Shown in pieces: positions 24,645 to 37,659 of a stretch of DNA of 62,000 nt. Each line of letters opens with the position of its first letter. Position 1 is the stretch's first letter. Source of the stretch: Octopus vulgaris (lineage: Eukaryota); contig OX597815.1 of the NCBI GenBank assembly GCA_951406725.2, positions 189,926,001 to 189,988,000 on the forward strand, given 5' to 3'. The notes under the pieces are model-generated. The model was not told the DNA's origin and did no database searches. It saw only the letters and a program-made list of their open reading frames with translations. The translations under genes were made by a program, and so were the position numbers.

Positions 24645-27142
24645 GCAGTGAGCTGGCAGAAACATTAGCACACTGGGCGAAATACTTAGTGGTATTTCGT
24701 CTGTCATTACATTCTGAGTTCAAATTCCGCCGAGGTCGAATTTGCCTTTCATCCTTTCAGGGTCGATAAATTAAGTACCAGTTGCATACTGGATCAATCT
24801 AATCAAAATTTCAGGCCTTGTGCCTAGAATAGAAAAGAATATTATACAGAATGTAAGGCGGCAAGCTGGCAGAAACGTTAACACTCCGGGCGAAATGCTT
24901 AGTAGTATTTCATCTGTCTTTACATTCTGCGTTCAAATTCTGCTAAAGTCGACTTTGCTTTTCATTCTTTCTGGGTCGATCGATAAATTAAGTACCAGTT
25001 GCATACTGGATCAATCTAATCAACTGGACCCCTCCCTTAAAATTTCAGGCCTTGTGCCTAGAATAGAAAAGAATATTATACAGAATGTAAGGTGGCAAGC
25101 TGGCAGAAACGTTAACACTCCGGGCGAAATGCTTAGTAGTATTTCATCTGTCTTTACATTCTGCGTTCAAATTCTGCTAAGGTCGACTTTGCTTTTCATT
25201 CTTTCTGGGTCGATAAATTAAGTACCAGTTGCATACTGGATCAATCTAATCAACTGGACCCCTCCCTTAAAATTTCAGGCCTTGTGCCTAGAATAGAAAA
25301 GAATATTATACAGAATGTAAGGCGGCGAGCTGGCAGAAACGTTAACACTCCGGGCGAAATGCTTAGTAGTATTTCATCTGTCTTTACATTCTGCGTTCAA
25401 ATTCTGCTAAGGTCGACTTTGCTTTTCATTCTTTCTGGGTCGATAAATTAAGTACCAGTTGCATACTGGATCAATCTAATCAACTGGCCTCCTCCCTCAA
25501 AATTTCAGGCCTTGTGCCTAGAATAGAAAAGAATATTATACAGAATGTAAGGCGGCAAGCTGGCAGAAACGTTAACACTCCGGGCGAAATGCTTAGTAGT
25601 ATTTCATCTGTCTTTACATTCTGCGTTCAAATTCTGCTAAGGTCGACTTTGCTTTTCATTCTTTCTGGGTCGATAAATTAAGTACCAGTTGCATACTGGA
25701 TCAATCTAATCAACTGGCCTCCTCCCTTAAAATTTCAGGCCTTGTGCCTAGAATAGAAAAGAATATTATACAGAATGTAAGGCGGCAAGCTGGCAGAAAC
25801 GTTAACACTCCGGGCGAAATGCTTAGTAGTATTTCATCTGTCTTTACATTCTGCGTTCAAATTCTGCTAAAGTCGACTTTGCTTTTCATTCTTTCTGGGT
25901 CGATAAATTAAGTACCAGTTGCATACTGGATCAATCTAATCAACTGGCCTCCTCCCTCAAAATTTCAGGCCTTGTGCCTAGAATAGAAAAGAATATTATA
26001 CAGAATGTAAGGCGGCGAGCTGGCAGAAACGTTAACACTCCGGGCGAAATGCTTAGTAGTATTTCATCTGTCTTTACATTCTGCGTTCAAATTCTGCTAA
26101 AGTCGACTTTGCTTTTCATTCTTTCTGGGTCGATAAATTAAGTACCAGTTGCATACTGGATCAATCTAATCAACTGGCCCCTCCCTCAAAATTTCAGGCC
26201 TTGTGCCTAGAATAGAAAAGAATATTATACAGAATGTAAGGTGGCAAGCTGGCAGAAACGTTAACACTCCGGGCGAAATGCTTAGTAGTATTTCATCTGT
26301 CTTTACATTCTGCGTTCAAATTCTGCTAAAGTCGACTTTGCTTTTCATTCTTTCTGGGTCGATAAATTAAGTACCAGTTGCATACTGGATCAATCTAATC
26401 AACTGGACCCCTCCCTCAAAATTTCAGGCCTTGTGCCTAGAATAGAAAAGAATATTATACAGAATGTAAGGTGGCAAGCTGGCAGAAACGTTAACACTCC
26501 GGGCGAAATGCTTAGTAGTATTTCATCTGTCTTTACATTCTGCGTTCAAATTCTGCTAAAGTCGACTTTGCTTTTCATTCTTTCTGGGTCGATAAATTAA
26601 GTACCAGTTGCATACTGGATCAATCTAATCAACTGGACCCCTCCCTCAAAATTTCAGGCCTTGTGCCTAGAATAGAAAAGAATATTATACAGAATGTAAG
26701 GTGGCAAGCTGGCAGAAACGTTAACACTCCGGGCGAAATGCTTAGTAGTATTTCATCTGTCTTTACATTCTGCGTTCAAATTCTGCTAAAGTCGACTTTG
26801 CTTTTCATTCTTTCTGGGTCGATAAATTAAGTACCAGTTGCATACTGGATCAATCTAATCAACTGGCCTCCTCCCTCAAAATTTCAGGCCTTGTGCCTAG
26901 AATAGAAAAGAATATTATACAGAATGTAAGGTGGCAAGCTGGCAGAAACGTTAACACTCCGGGCGAAATGCTTTGTAGTATTTCATCTGTCTTTACATTC
27001 TGCGTTCAAATTCTGCTAAGGTCGACTTTGCTTTTCATTCTTTCTGGGTCGATAAATTAAGTACCAGTTGCATACTATGGTCGATCTAATCAACTGGGGC
27101 CCTCCCCAAAAATTTCGGGCCTTGTGCTTAGAGTAGAAAAGA
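24645..27142 (+). repeat. Tandem array of 11 SINE B-derived units (~230 bp)
   Basis: Unit starts at 24645, 24855, 25089, 25319, 25549, 25779, 26009, 26238, 26468, 26698 and 26928; inner units differ by only a few SNPs. Confidence 0.95.
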
Positions 27143-27356
27143 ATATTTCTAATGATACATTAGATATATTTATCCCTGTATGAACAGAGTTAATTGCTTG
27201 ACCTTTCGATGATACAAGGCTCCCATCAACAACAGGTTCTACCTATTGATTTGTATCAGAGGGGGCAACCAATTACATCAACACCAGCGCTAAAGTGGTA
27301 TTTATAGTATTGATCCTGAGACAATGAAAGACAAATTTAACCTCAGAAAGGTTTAA

Positions 27357-27577
27357 CCCTTTAGTGTTTGCATTATTCTGCCAAAATTAATGCTTTTTTA
27401 TCCACATTGTTTTGAACTAATCATGCATTATCTTGTAGCTCTGAGATTTCAATGAGGTAGCTGTTAATTTTTAAAACGATATTGTAGGGTTGGTGTGAGA
27501 GACCAGATCTCGCCAGTTTGAACATAAAACAAGCAGAATACTTTTGGCCGGACATGGCCGGTTTAAATGCTAAAGGG
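27357..27577. mobile_element. 221-bp piggyBac-like MITE inserted in an old minus-strand SINE B
   Basis: TTAA|CCCTTTAG ... CTAAAGGG|TTAA; removing it restores AAAGACAAATTTAACCTCAGAAAGGTTTAAACTCAGAAC, like reverse SINE B. Confidence 0.85.
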
Positions 27578-27897
27578 TTAAACTCAGAACATAAAGAGCC
27601 CTAACTACATACAGCAATGTATTTTGCCCAGAGCTCTGATGATTCTATCAATCACCCAGCTTATGTATATTTGTAATATACAATCTTTTTTGATGATTGA
27701 TTATCTCATGAGAAAAGGGAAGAAATACTTCATCATAAATTTATATTCTCAATGAAGCAACACTAAACTTAAACATTATCTTCACAAAATTTGGGATGTT
27801 TTAAACCAAGTTGTCATAATATGGTCCTTTAACCTCATATGCAGCCTTATTGTATAGGCTTCCTGCCAATTTATTCTGTTTTATTAAGAAGTCAGGA

Positions 27898-28305
27898 GGC
27901 GCAGGAGTGGCTGTGTGGTAAGTAGCTTGTTTACCAACCACATGGTTCCGGGTTCAGTCCCACTGCGTGGTACCTTGGGCAAGTGTCTTCTACTATAGCC
28001 TCGGGCCGACCAAAGCCTTGTGAGTGGATTTGGTAGACGGAAACTGAAAGAAGCCCATCGTATATATGTATATATATGCGTGTGTGTGTTTGTGTGTCTG
28101 TGTTTGTCCCCCTAGCATTGCTTGACAACCGATGCTGGTGTGTTTATGTCACCGTTACTTAGCGGTTCGGCAAAAGAGACCGATAGAATAAGTACTGGGC
28201 TTACAAAAGAATAAGTCCCAGGGTCGAGTTGCTCGATTAAAGGCGGTGCTCCAGCATGGCCGCAGTCAAATGACTGAAACAAGTAAAAGAGTAAAAGAGT
28301 AGAGT
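27898..28305 (+). mobile_element. SINE A, full length, probable 9-bp TSD AAGTCAGGA
   Basis: Consensus match; AAGTCAGGA immediately on both sides. Confidence 0.9.
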
Positions 28306-28934
28306 AAGTCAGGATTGATATAAATATGAAGAAAACAGAATGTAGGTGCTATTAAACTAAGTAAAACACTGAATTTCATGTTCAGTCCCTATACAAGGTT
28401 TTCAGCTCAGTCCTACCACAGGGCACCTGGAACAAGTGCTCTCTATTATAGCCCCAGGTCAACTAAAGCCTTGTGAGTGGATTTGCTGGACAGAAACTGA
28501 AAGAAACGTTGGAAACTTGAGAATAAAAGAAGCTATTTTAATTAACAAGCACACACATGAATTAATAACAGATTTGAACTGCACCCAACTGATTTTATAC
28601 TAGCGTAATGCAAATCAAACCTTTATGCATTTGCACTACAAAGCAAGGAAATCAGCTACCAATATTTTCTTCATCAGAAACAGGAGACAGAGGAAAGTCC
28701 AAGAGAAATGGAAGACAGGGGAAAAGCTCACTAACGATCCACATGTAGTTACATTTTGAAGCAAATATATATATATATATATGTAAGTTCACTTAGAAGT
28801 TTGATGAGCCTCATTAAGGTATAGTAATATCGAATGAATTACTGGTTCGTTACCTAATATTTGTTGTGAATATTAATTATAATACTCATGAATAATAGGT
28901 AATTAGATAAACCAAGGTTTATATTTATTCAAGA

Positions 28935-29081
28935 AAAATAAGAAATTGGAGATAAATCAATTAATAAGTATATTCATTAACTGCAAAAATAAACATAATC
29001 TCTAATGGCGATGATGATGATGTTTATTTTTGCAGTTAATGAATATACTTATTGATTGATTTATCGCTCATTTCTTATTTT
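28935..29081. repeat. Fold-back MITE-like hairpin (~60-bp arms)
   Basis: ATAAGTATATTCATTAACTGCAAAAATAAACAT is perfectly inverted as ATGTTTATTTTTGCAGTTAATGAATATACTTAT, with looser outer pairing. Confidence 0.85.
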
Positions 29082-29219
29082 ATATATATGCACACACACA
29101 CATATATATTTAATTAAAGACTATGTTAACCTCAGAAGAGATGGTTGCTTCCAAGGAAATACTGGTTCAATATCTAGTCCTTTTGGTGAATGAAATTCTC
29201 TTAAAGCAATAGGTATATA

Positions 29220-30513
29220 TCAGGTCATACCATAAGTTCTGTCCGATTTTACCTTTTTTAAAATCGAATGGAATTTTATAGTATTTTTTAATGTCTAATG
29301 GAATTAAAAGTTATTTTTAGGCATTTATGTACATTTAAACTCATTAAGTATTATTTTACAAAATAATAGAATTAAAATTTCTTTGATTAAAACCTTTTCT
29401 AACATGGAAGTATCCAAAGAGCATTTAAGGCACATAATGCTTTATGAGTACAAAAAAGGAAACTCTGAAGCCGAAGCAACTTGAAACACAAACTCAGTTT
29501 AAGGGGAAGAATGCTTGAATGAAAGAACTTGCAGTAGATGGTTTGCAAAATTCAGAAGTGGAGATTTCAGCCTTGAAGATGAAGATCAAACTGGATGTCA
29601 AGTTGAGTTTGATGATAAGCTCCTTGAGGCACTAGTTAAAGAAAATCCTGTATTATCAGTTGAAAAACTAGCAATAAAGCTTAGTTCAAACCATACAACT
29701 GTTCATCATCATCTTCAACAACTTGGAAAGGTTCTTAAACTTGGAAAATGGGTGCCTCATGAATTGTCCGAAAGCAACCACAAATCCCGAGTTGACATCT
29801 GCTCTTCTCTCCATTCTCGTGAACTCATTTCACCCTTTTTGGATAGACTTGTGACTGGTGATGAAAAATGGATCTTCTATTGAAATGTTAACTGTCATAA
29901 ACAGTGGCTTGGTAAAATGGAAACAGCTCAATCACAACCGAGAAGGGAACTTCATGGGAAAAAGGTTCTTCTCTCTATCTGCTGGAATTGCAAAGGAGTA
30001 ATTCACTTTGAATTGTTACCACCTAATGCAACAATCACTGCTCAAGTCTCCTGTCAGCAATTAGAGTGTTTAAACCAAGCTTTGAAGACAAAAAGACCCG
30101 CTTTAGTGAATTGAAAAGGAGTGATGTTTCATCAGGACAATGCATGACCCCACACTGCAAAGATCACATCACAGAAGATCGAAGAGCTTGGTTGGGAAAA
30201 AATTCCTCATCCACCTTATTCTCCCGACCTTGCTCCTTCAGACTATCATTTGTTTTGTAGTTTACAGAATCATTTGGGGTGGGGGGACATAATTTTCACA
30301 AGTCAGTAGGAGGTCGAAACTGACATTTCTGAGTTCTTCACTTTGAAACCAAAAGAGTTTTAAATTGATGGGATTAAAAAGCTTGTAAATAGATGGAAGG
30401 AATTCATAGATAATCAGGGAAAGTACATTGATGATTAAATTTCAATTAAATATAACATTTGATCACTTGTTTTCTTTATTCAAATTTCGGACAGAACTTA
30501 TGGGATGACCTGA
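29220..30513 (+). mobile_element. Full-length (1294 bp) inactivated mariner, D,D34D transposase pseudogene 29404-30436
   Basis: TA TSDs; TIR TCAGGTCAT(A/C)CCATAAGTTCTGTCCGA; MEVSKEHLRHIMLYEY start, WVPHEL, VTGDEKW, HQDNA*PH, YSPDLAPSDYHLF; several stops and frameshifts. Confidence 0.95.
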
Positions 30514-30521
30514 TATTAAGC

Positions 30522-30865
30522 ATATAGTTTATATCCGTTTAATAGTAGAAAAGAAAATGGAGATAAGGAAGTTAATAATTGTTTATTATTAACAACTAAT
30601 CGCTCATTTTCCCTTCTTACAGACATTTCAATTAATACTCAGTAATTTAATTACAAATTTCTACATTAAATTTGCATTTATGTGAAGTGAAGCCCACATA
30701 TAACATCCAAATGTACATCTTTTACCCTTAATGAATTTGTAATTAAATTATTGAGTATTAATTGAAACAGCTGTAAGAAGCCAATTTGTTGTTAATAATA
30801 ATCAATTAACTCCCTAACCTCCATTTTCTTTTCTTCTTTTAAATGGATATAAACTATGTATATAT
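30522..30865. repeat. Fold-back MITE-like element (~140-bp imperfect arms)
   Basis: CATATAGTTTATATCCGTTTAA...TTAATACTCAGTAATTTAATTACAAATT mirrored by AATTTGTAATTAAATTATTGAGTATTAA...TTAAATGGATATAAACTATG. Confidence 0.8.
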
Positions 30866-30869
30866 TTCT

Positions 30870-31086
30870 TTATTGCCGACAGGGGGCTAGACATAGAGGG
30901 GACAAACAAGGACAGTGCAAAAGTATTAAGTCGATTACATCGACCCCAGTGCGTAACTGGTACTTATTTAATCAACCCCGAGAAGATGAAAGGCAAAGCC
31001 GATCTCAGGAGAAATTTGAACTCAGAACATAACAGCAGTAGAAATAATACTAAGCATTTCGCCCGGCATGCTAACGTTTCTGCCAG

Positions 31087-31128
<42 letters not shown>

Positions 31129-31134
31129 TGTGCA

Positions 31135-31199
<65 letters not shown>

Positions 31200-31894
31200 A
31201 CATATATATACACGCACACATATGTTTTACTCTTTCACTCTTTTACTTGTCTCAGTCATTTGACTGTGGCCATGCTGGAGCAGTGCCTTTAGTTGAGCAA
31301 ATCAGCCCCAGGACTTATTCTTTGTAAGAGACTGGTAGAATAAGTACTAACTTATTCTACCGGTCTCTTTTGCCGAATCACTAAGTTATGGGGATGTAAA
31401 CACACCAGCATCAGTTGTCAAGCGATGTTAGCGGGGGCAAACACAGACACACACACACATACACACACACACATATATATATATACATATATATGATGGG
31501 CTTCTTTCAGTTTCTGTCTACCAAATCCACTCTCAAGGCTTTTGTTGGCCCAAGGCTATAGTAGAAGTCACTTGCCCAAGGTGCCACGCAGTGGGACTGA
31601 ACCCGGAACTATGTGGTTGGTAAGCAAGCTGCTTACCACACAGCCACTCCTGGTAAATATGCATGTTTTGGTGAGTATGCATATGTATATGTTTGTGTCT
31701 CCTAGTCTTGACATCACATGATTGCTGTAAATTGATATCATTTAATTTCAATATTCTGCAAAAACATGTCTGGCCATGGAAAAATATTATTTGGCTCAGC
31801 AACAGGAAAGGCACCTGTCTCACTGAAACCCCTTCCAACCCATGCAAGCATAGAGAAGGGGACATTAAAATAATGATGGTGATGGTGATGATGG

Positions 31895-31931
<37 letters not shown>

Positions 31932-32460
31932 GAGAGCAATGATGATGATGAAGACGACAACAATAATGATGATGACGATGATGATGACGACGACAATGAT
32001 GATGATAAGTCTAAAATTTCCTTTTAATTTCATACTATACATACTCTTTTACTCTTTTACTCTTTTACTGGTTTCAGTCATTTGACTGTGGCCATGCTGG
32101 AACACCGCCTTTAGTTGAGCAAATCGACCCCGGGACTTATTCTTTGTAAGCCCAGTACTTATTCTATCGGTCTCTTTTGCCGAACTGCTAAGTGACATGG
32201 ACGTAAACACTCCAGCATCGGTTGTCAAGCAATGCTAGGGGGACAAACACAGACACACAAACATATACACACACATACATATATATACATATACATATAT
32301 ACGACAGGCTTCTTTCAGTTTCCGTCTACCAAATCCACTCACAAGGCATTGGTTGGCCCAAGGCTATAGCAGAAGACACTTGCCCAAAATGCCACGCAGT
32401 GGGACTGAACCCGGAACCATGTGGCTGGTAAGCAAGCTACTTACCACACAGCCACTCCTG
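30870..32460. mobile_element. SINE cluster: B (-, 30870-31088), A (-, 31220-31650), D 3' end (+, 31790-31995), A (-, 32045-32460)
   Basis: Consensus matches. Confidence 0.85.
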
Positions 32461-33179
32461 CACCAATATACTTATATTGTTTTTGCTAAAATTCTTCTCT
32501 TTGACCCTTTTTTTTGGCAACTTTGCTTGATACCATTTCCAAGTATGAAACCAGTAAGGTTTGGACTTTTAAGAGAAGAATCAGACCAAGAACTAAATAA
32601 TATCAACATTTCTAAAAATTCTTCCCTGTCTTCTAAAGTCAGGTTCTCTTGTTAATTTTGAGCTTCGGCTTTGCAACTCATTAACAGGGAACTTAAAATA
32701 TGTCTGAACCAATGATTTAAATATATATATAAAAACATACTTAAATATACATAAAATATACTTGATTAAAATATACTTCCATGTACTTTAACTTCACTTA
32801 ATTAAATTATACTTAAATATATTTAAAATATATATAATTAAAATATTCTCAAATATACTTAAATTATTCTTAATTAAAATATACTTAAATAAGCTTAAAA
32901 CATAATTAGTGTTTAAGTATGTCTTGTACAGTATTTATGTACTCTTCACTTTCACTTTATGCAAATGAGTTATATCTGGTACAATTTTGTTTAAATTTTA
33001 ATATATAGACTTTTGCTACATTTTTCTGGCATTTCGGAGGAAATTAGAAAGCAAATTTTAATGATAAACAAAACATAGTCAGTTCAATCCACATTTCCAG
33101 TTTAGTGAAATTTAGGTCCTTCATAGGCCTAATTTCACTAAATACATACACATACAACAAGTACATTCATAATACAATT

Positions 33180-33450
33180 CTATATTTAAGAGATGAGGAA
33201 TTATGTTCATTATTTACATTATTTACATTATTACGTTTATATATTTGTTGTGCTAAACTGGCAAAAAGACCATTCCGAAATACAACAATTATTTACATTA
33301 TTTACATTTGATGGATATTTGTCCTCATCTTGTTTGTTGTTAACACAATGTTCCGGCTGATATACCCTCCAGCCTTCATCAGGTGTCTTGGGGAAATTTC
33401 GAACCTGGGTTCTCATTCCTAAGGTATTTTTCGATGTTATTATTATTATA
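33180..33450 (-). mobile_element. SINE C 3' part with decayed hammerhead (33342-33387)
   Basis: Reverse complement reads GACACCTGATGAAGGCTGGAGGGTATATCAGCCGGAACATTGTGTT; the tRNA head is missing. Confidence 0.85.
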
Positions 33451-33664
33451 AAAAGCACTCACTACACTCTCGGAGTGGTGCAGCCTTTCGGCTCAACAGC
33501 CCTCAGTCAACCCATCCAACCCATGCCAGCATGGAAGACGGATGTTAAACGATGATGATGATGATGATGATGATGAGGTTGATGATATACAAATGAAATA
33601 TGCCTTGTACAATTTGCAAATACTTTAATCAGCATCCCTCAGCTAAGTCATTGTGTATACTCTT

Positions 33665-34350
33665 TACTCTTTACTCTTTACTCTTTTACTTGTTTCAGTC
33701 ATTTGACTGCGGCCATGCTGGAGCACCGCCTTTAGTCAAGCAAATCAACCCCGAGACTTATTCTTTGTAAGCCCAGTACTTATTCTATCGGTCTCTTTTG
33801 CCGAACCGCTAAGTGATGGGGGATGTAAACACACCACAACATCGGTTGTCAAGCAATGCTAGGGGGACAAACACACACAAACACACACACATACAAATAT
33901 ATACATATATATATACATAAATTTAAAAAATTGAGGGAGATAAATTAATATTAATTTTAATATCAATTTAAAACCAGTAGTCCAGCATTCAAAAAATCTG
34001 AGGAGTCAGAGAAAATTCAAATATATGTGTATATTGGCAGGGCTGGCCTGCTAGGTAGCCGGCCAGAATGCTAGAAAAAGATCATCAACGATCAAACTAC
34101 AAGGGAAATTCTCTAGAGAATTTCTTTAGAGAATTTCCCTTGTAGTTTGATCGTTGATGATCTTTTTCTAGCATATATATACATATATACGACAGGCTTC
34201 TTTCAGTTTCCGTCTACCAATTCCACTCACAAGGCATTGGTCGGCCCGGGGCTATAGCAGAAGACACTTGCCCAAGATGCCACACAGTGGGACTGAACCC
34301 GGAACCATGTGGTTGGTTAGCAAGCTACTTACCACACAGCCACTCCTGCA
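33665..34350 (-). mobile_element. SINE A split in its (TA)n by a ~260-bp insert ending in a perfect palindrome
   Basis: 3' half 33665-33915, insert ~33918-34174, 5' half 34185-34350. Confidence 0.85.
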
Positions 34351-35604
34351 CCTATATTTATATCTATATTTATTCATAACCAGTTCTGTAGTTGTGCCCA
34401 AGTAATATACTGTTGCACATGCATTTTTTTTCCAAGATATTAGAAATAACATTGAAAATCAATCAGTGTATTAGCATATTACTAGAATACTCTTATAGTA
34501 TTGGTCTCTTTCTTTTACTCTTTTACTTGTTTCAATCAGATTCTTAATACATAAATGTTTTTAATTGCAATGCAATTAACTTCTTTATTGTATTAAGCGG
34601 GTGAAGGTAAAGAAATATTTTTACCGTTAATTTATAATACAAATAAGAAAATGGAGAAACAAATTTAGTTTGTTCATCAACTTTCGGATATTAGAATGTT
34701 GAATTATTTATTCATTTAACAAAATGAGAACCGCGAACCTCCGACTGTGAGTCCACTGCCCTAACTACTGGGCCATAGCACCTCCAAAAGTGAATTAGGT
34801 ATAACTTATTTGCATAATAATATATTTAAACTTGTACTATATGACAGTAAGGAGTACATAAAGAAATAATGTAGAATAGAAATGGTTGTTAAGTATGATG
34901 GATGGCAAGAATAACAAGACTGTGGTTTAAACAAATCTAATTGAAATATCAACCACATAGACTACAGAAATAATAACCTGCCAACAATCATATTGGAAAT
35001 GAGCAAGTTTTAACAACCAGTTAAGTGCAGGAGATAAAATCATAAAAATGGGGTTGAATAGAAGTAATTATTGCTAATCAAATGTTCCTATTTATGATTA
35101 ATAAGATCAATATCGACCAAAGTCCTTGAATGGGAATCAGTACAAAAGCTGCCTTTTAGAATTTGACTTGAAAATTTCGAAAATACTTTTTCATGCTCTT
35201 TTGCTTCTTATTATTATTAGAGTTTAGTGATTATAGCGTCATTTCATGGACATTTCTTCAAAGACTGGTTGACCACTTGGGAAAAGCCAAATGAATAAAG
35301 GAGTCTCTACATAATCACTACAGAAATAACAGCCAAAGCTTCTTTAAATCACATCTCGTTACACTTAAAAGAGAAGGATATATTGAATAACATAGTCCTA
35401 GCTACAACTGTCATGATGAAACTAACTCTGATTAACCTAGGGCTAAATAAGTAAATGCTATATAATTCTGCATTTAAACCTACCATGTCAGACACAAATA
35501 TTTTACCAGGTTTATTTTCAAACTGACCAGATTAAGCATCTCACACCTACTCTATAATGTCATAGAAAAACTAAGCAATCACATCATTGAAATCTTGAAC
35601 ATGC

Positions 35605-35816
35605 AAGATACTCTTTTACTTTGTTCAGTCATTTGACTGCAGCCATGCTGGAGCACCGCCTTTAGTCGAGCAAATCGACCCCAGGACTTATTCTTTGTAA
35701 GCCTAGTACTTATTCTATCAGTCTTTTGTCGAACCGCTAACTTATGGGGACGTAAACACACCAGTATCGGTTGTCAAGCGATGTTTGGGGGGGGGGGGGG
35801 ACAAACACACATTTAT

Positions 35817-35850
<34 letters not shown>

Positions 35851-36580
35851 GACGGGCTTCTTTCAGTTTCTGTCTACCAAATCCATTCACAAGGCTTTGG
35901 CCAGCCCGAGACTATAGTAGAAGACATTTGCCCAAGGTGCCACGCAGTGGGACTGAACCTGTAACCATGTTGTTGGTAAGCAAGCTACTTACTACACAGC
36001 CACTCCCGTGCCTACGGATTAGATAAATTTTGCTAGAAAAAGTATCAAAATTTCACTGAAATGTATTCCAATACTTTAAAAAAGGAAGAACACATTGGAT
36101 AATGTAATCCCAAATATATGCGAATAAAAGATTGAATGGTCATGGCTTGAATGCCTTTGATCTATGATCTGCTCAGTCAGGCTTAACCTGGGGCTAAACA
36201 ACAACAATAGCTGTGTTTATGCAAGTCAATGAGGAAACAACAACAACAAAATTAGGAGCACTCAGCCAGTTATGACGACAAGGGTCCCAGCTGATATGAC
36301 TAAAGGAACAGCTTGCTTGTGAAATTAATGTGCAAGTGGCTGAATACTCCACAGACACGTGTACCCTTAATGTCATTCTCAGGGAGATTCAGCATGACAT
36401 AGTGTGACAAGGCTGGCCCTTTGAATTTACAGGTATTTTTCATTTTTGCCAGCTGAATGGACTGGAGCAACGTGAAATAAAGTGTCTTGCTCAAGGACAC
36501 AACACATAGCCAGGAATTGAACTCACGACCTACAATCGAAAGCCAAATGCCCTAACCACTAAACCATGCACCTTCATAAC
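35605..36580 (-). mobile_element. SINE A (35605-36010) and tRNA-headed SINE E-variant (36235-36580)
   Basis: The E-variant reverse complement has TGGTTTAGTGGTTAGGGC / GAGTTCAATTCC boxes and TGTGTCCTTGAGCAAGACACTT; homologues at 54775-55110 and 59964-60067. Confidence 0.8.
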
Positions 36581-37659
36581 AACAACAACAGCCAACAACT
36601 CCATATGTATATCTTCAGCCAAAGAAACGTCTTCGTATTTCTAGTCATTATTTATACATCTCTGACTAGTTAATCACGGGGATGGTCATGGCTGGAATAC
36701 CAATGATATAAATTTGCTCGATCAGAGTTGACCTGGTGGGTGTGTGAGAAAGGGCTACTGACAACTGTATTTACAATTCTACTTCACTTCCAAGAGCTAG
36801 ACAGATCAATAATAGAAAACAGGAGATGTATGCAGAGTGCGTAGTAATACTAATATGATATTTCCATTTCATATTTGCTGCGCTGTTTATGAGCATAATA
36901 TACTGTCATTTAAGCAGATGATGTTTATTCTGTACACTCTAGTTCAGTAGCTGCTACACACCAACGTTAGAACAATGGATAATTGACGAGCAATGAATAA
37001 ATGATGAGCAGATCTGTGGCTTACAGTTTTGGCATTAGATTCTTACTAAAGATATTTTGTTCTTTATGAGACACAGAAAGAAAGCACTCTGTAGTGTATT
37101 TATATATATATATATATATATATGAGTTGTTTTTCTTTTATTCTGATACAGAAATGGACTGCAAGATTGATTATAAACCCAAGAGTATTGGGCTATTTCT
37201 ACAGACAGTTCTTAAGAAATTAAGATTAGTATTTTCCATCATAAATATTTGTTACCAATTAACTGATATTAAAGTTCTTGGTAATATAATGTGATATTAT
37301 TGCTGTTGCATTTTATGTTTTTATGGATTATGTTACAGAAATTATCATATGTGTAATGAGAATTGATTTTCTTGATGGGAAGCCTCTAACAGTGCAGCTT
37401 GACCAGACATATGCTGAGAAAGTAGATGAAAAGGCATTCAATAAGTACTTCTAGTCATAACTAGTTTGTCTTTCGGGGAGATATGCAATCGTAAAATTAA
37501 GGGGTGCTTTAAAATAAAGGGCTTAAAGTATGCAATATATTTGTAAAATTTATCATGAGGTTTGTTTTTTTTAAGGCAGTTTTAACTCTGGCATTGAAGT
37601 GGTTAAGTGATGCCATAAAAGTCCCTGCCACAGCTTGCTTCCAACCCTAATGGTATTGA

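Noticed and set aside
24820-25221. 133-aa ORF with an internal repeat
   Set aside because: Chance read-through of SINE array units.
24645-27142. Regular array resembling CRISPR or a tRNA/snRNA gene cluster
   Set aside because: There are no unique spacers, the units are SINE B bodies, and no cas genes or complete cloverleaf are present.
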